DNA of 63,507 nucleotides. Origin: Candidatus Omnitrophota bacterium (GTDB taxonomy: Bacteria; Omnitrophota; Gorgyraeia; JAHIPI01). Made by a program: the position numbers and the translations under genes. The notes beneath the pieces are model-generated. The model searched no databases, was not told the DNA's origin, and was given only the letters and a program-made list of their open reading frames with translations. Shown in pieces: positions 63,398-63,507 of the stretch. Where the stretch lies: contig JAZDNG010000039.1 in NCBI GenBank assembly GCA_043800065.1, forward strand, positions 1-63,507, given 5' to 3'. How positions within the stretch are numbered: position 1 is the stretch's first letter; each line of letters begins with the position of its first letter.

Positions 63398-63507
63398 GAT
63401 TTACTATAGTCTAACTCTGGTAAATCGTCCCGATCCGCCGAAGGCGGAGAGGGACTTTTGTTATTTTTTACGTTTCTTTTTAAAAAATTCTTTCATGACA
63501 AAGGCGC

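Noticed and set aside
63440-63507. Minus-strand mini-ORF MKEFFKKKRKK (ATG near 63496) and the hairpin TCCGCC-GAAG-GCGGA at the window edge
   Set aside because: It is 11 codons of A/T-rich sequence at a truncated window end. It cannot be distinguished from noise, so no call was made.

Overview
This is a 63.5-kb chromosomal window, almost entirely plus-strand and co-directional, from what looks like an uncultivated diderm bacterium. I cannot place the lineage from sequence alone. All family calls are motif recognition by eye; no searches were run.

Gene content in order:
- The 3' end of an rRNA operon: a partial 23S interrupted by a group I intron that carries a LAGLIDADG homing-endonuclease ORF, then 5S and a terminator.
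- An EF-G paralog, yebC and ruvCAB.
- A queuosine cluster (queH, spoIID-like, queA, tgt), then yajC, recJ, rpmB (minus strand) and recG.
- rsmD-coaD-pta, then rpmF-plsX-fabH-fabD.
- A block of about 6.5 kb that splits the fab cluster: two GT-C type membrane glycosyltransferases, an HTH protein, a histidine kinase, a receiver and a GAF/HD-GYP protein.
- fabG-acpP-fabF.
- A 1570-aa secreted multidomain glycosidase.
- A 12.5-kb type II secretion-like cluster with several atypical members.
- An acyl-CoA dehydrogenase/ETF cluster with a ferredoxin-fused EtfA and an inserted URO-D-like gene.
- smc, a GAF-GGDEF gene (minus strand), an FMN-riboswitch-controlled rib operon in unusual order, a small secreted protein and tRNA-Ser(GCT) (minus strand).

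The atypical secretion-cluster members are:
- a GspE with MshEN-type c-di-GMP motifs;
- a PilM-PilN fusion;
- an embedded MerR gene plus an ExeA/GspB-like pair;
- a secretin with a TonB-C-like tail;
- a pseudopilin whose leader carries an in-frame palindromic insertion.

The most unusual things I can support directly from the sequence are the 23S group I intron and an exceptionally dense set of at least six distinct palindromic or hairpin repeat families. These repeats occupy most intergenic gaps and, in two cases, coding sequence. No transposase, integrase, CRISPR array, phage module or recognizable defense system is present.
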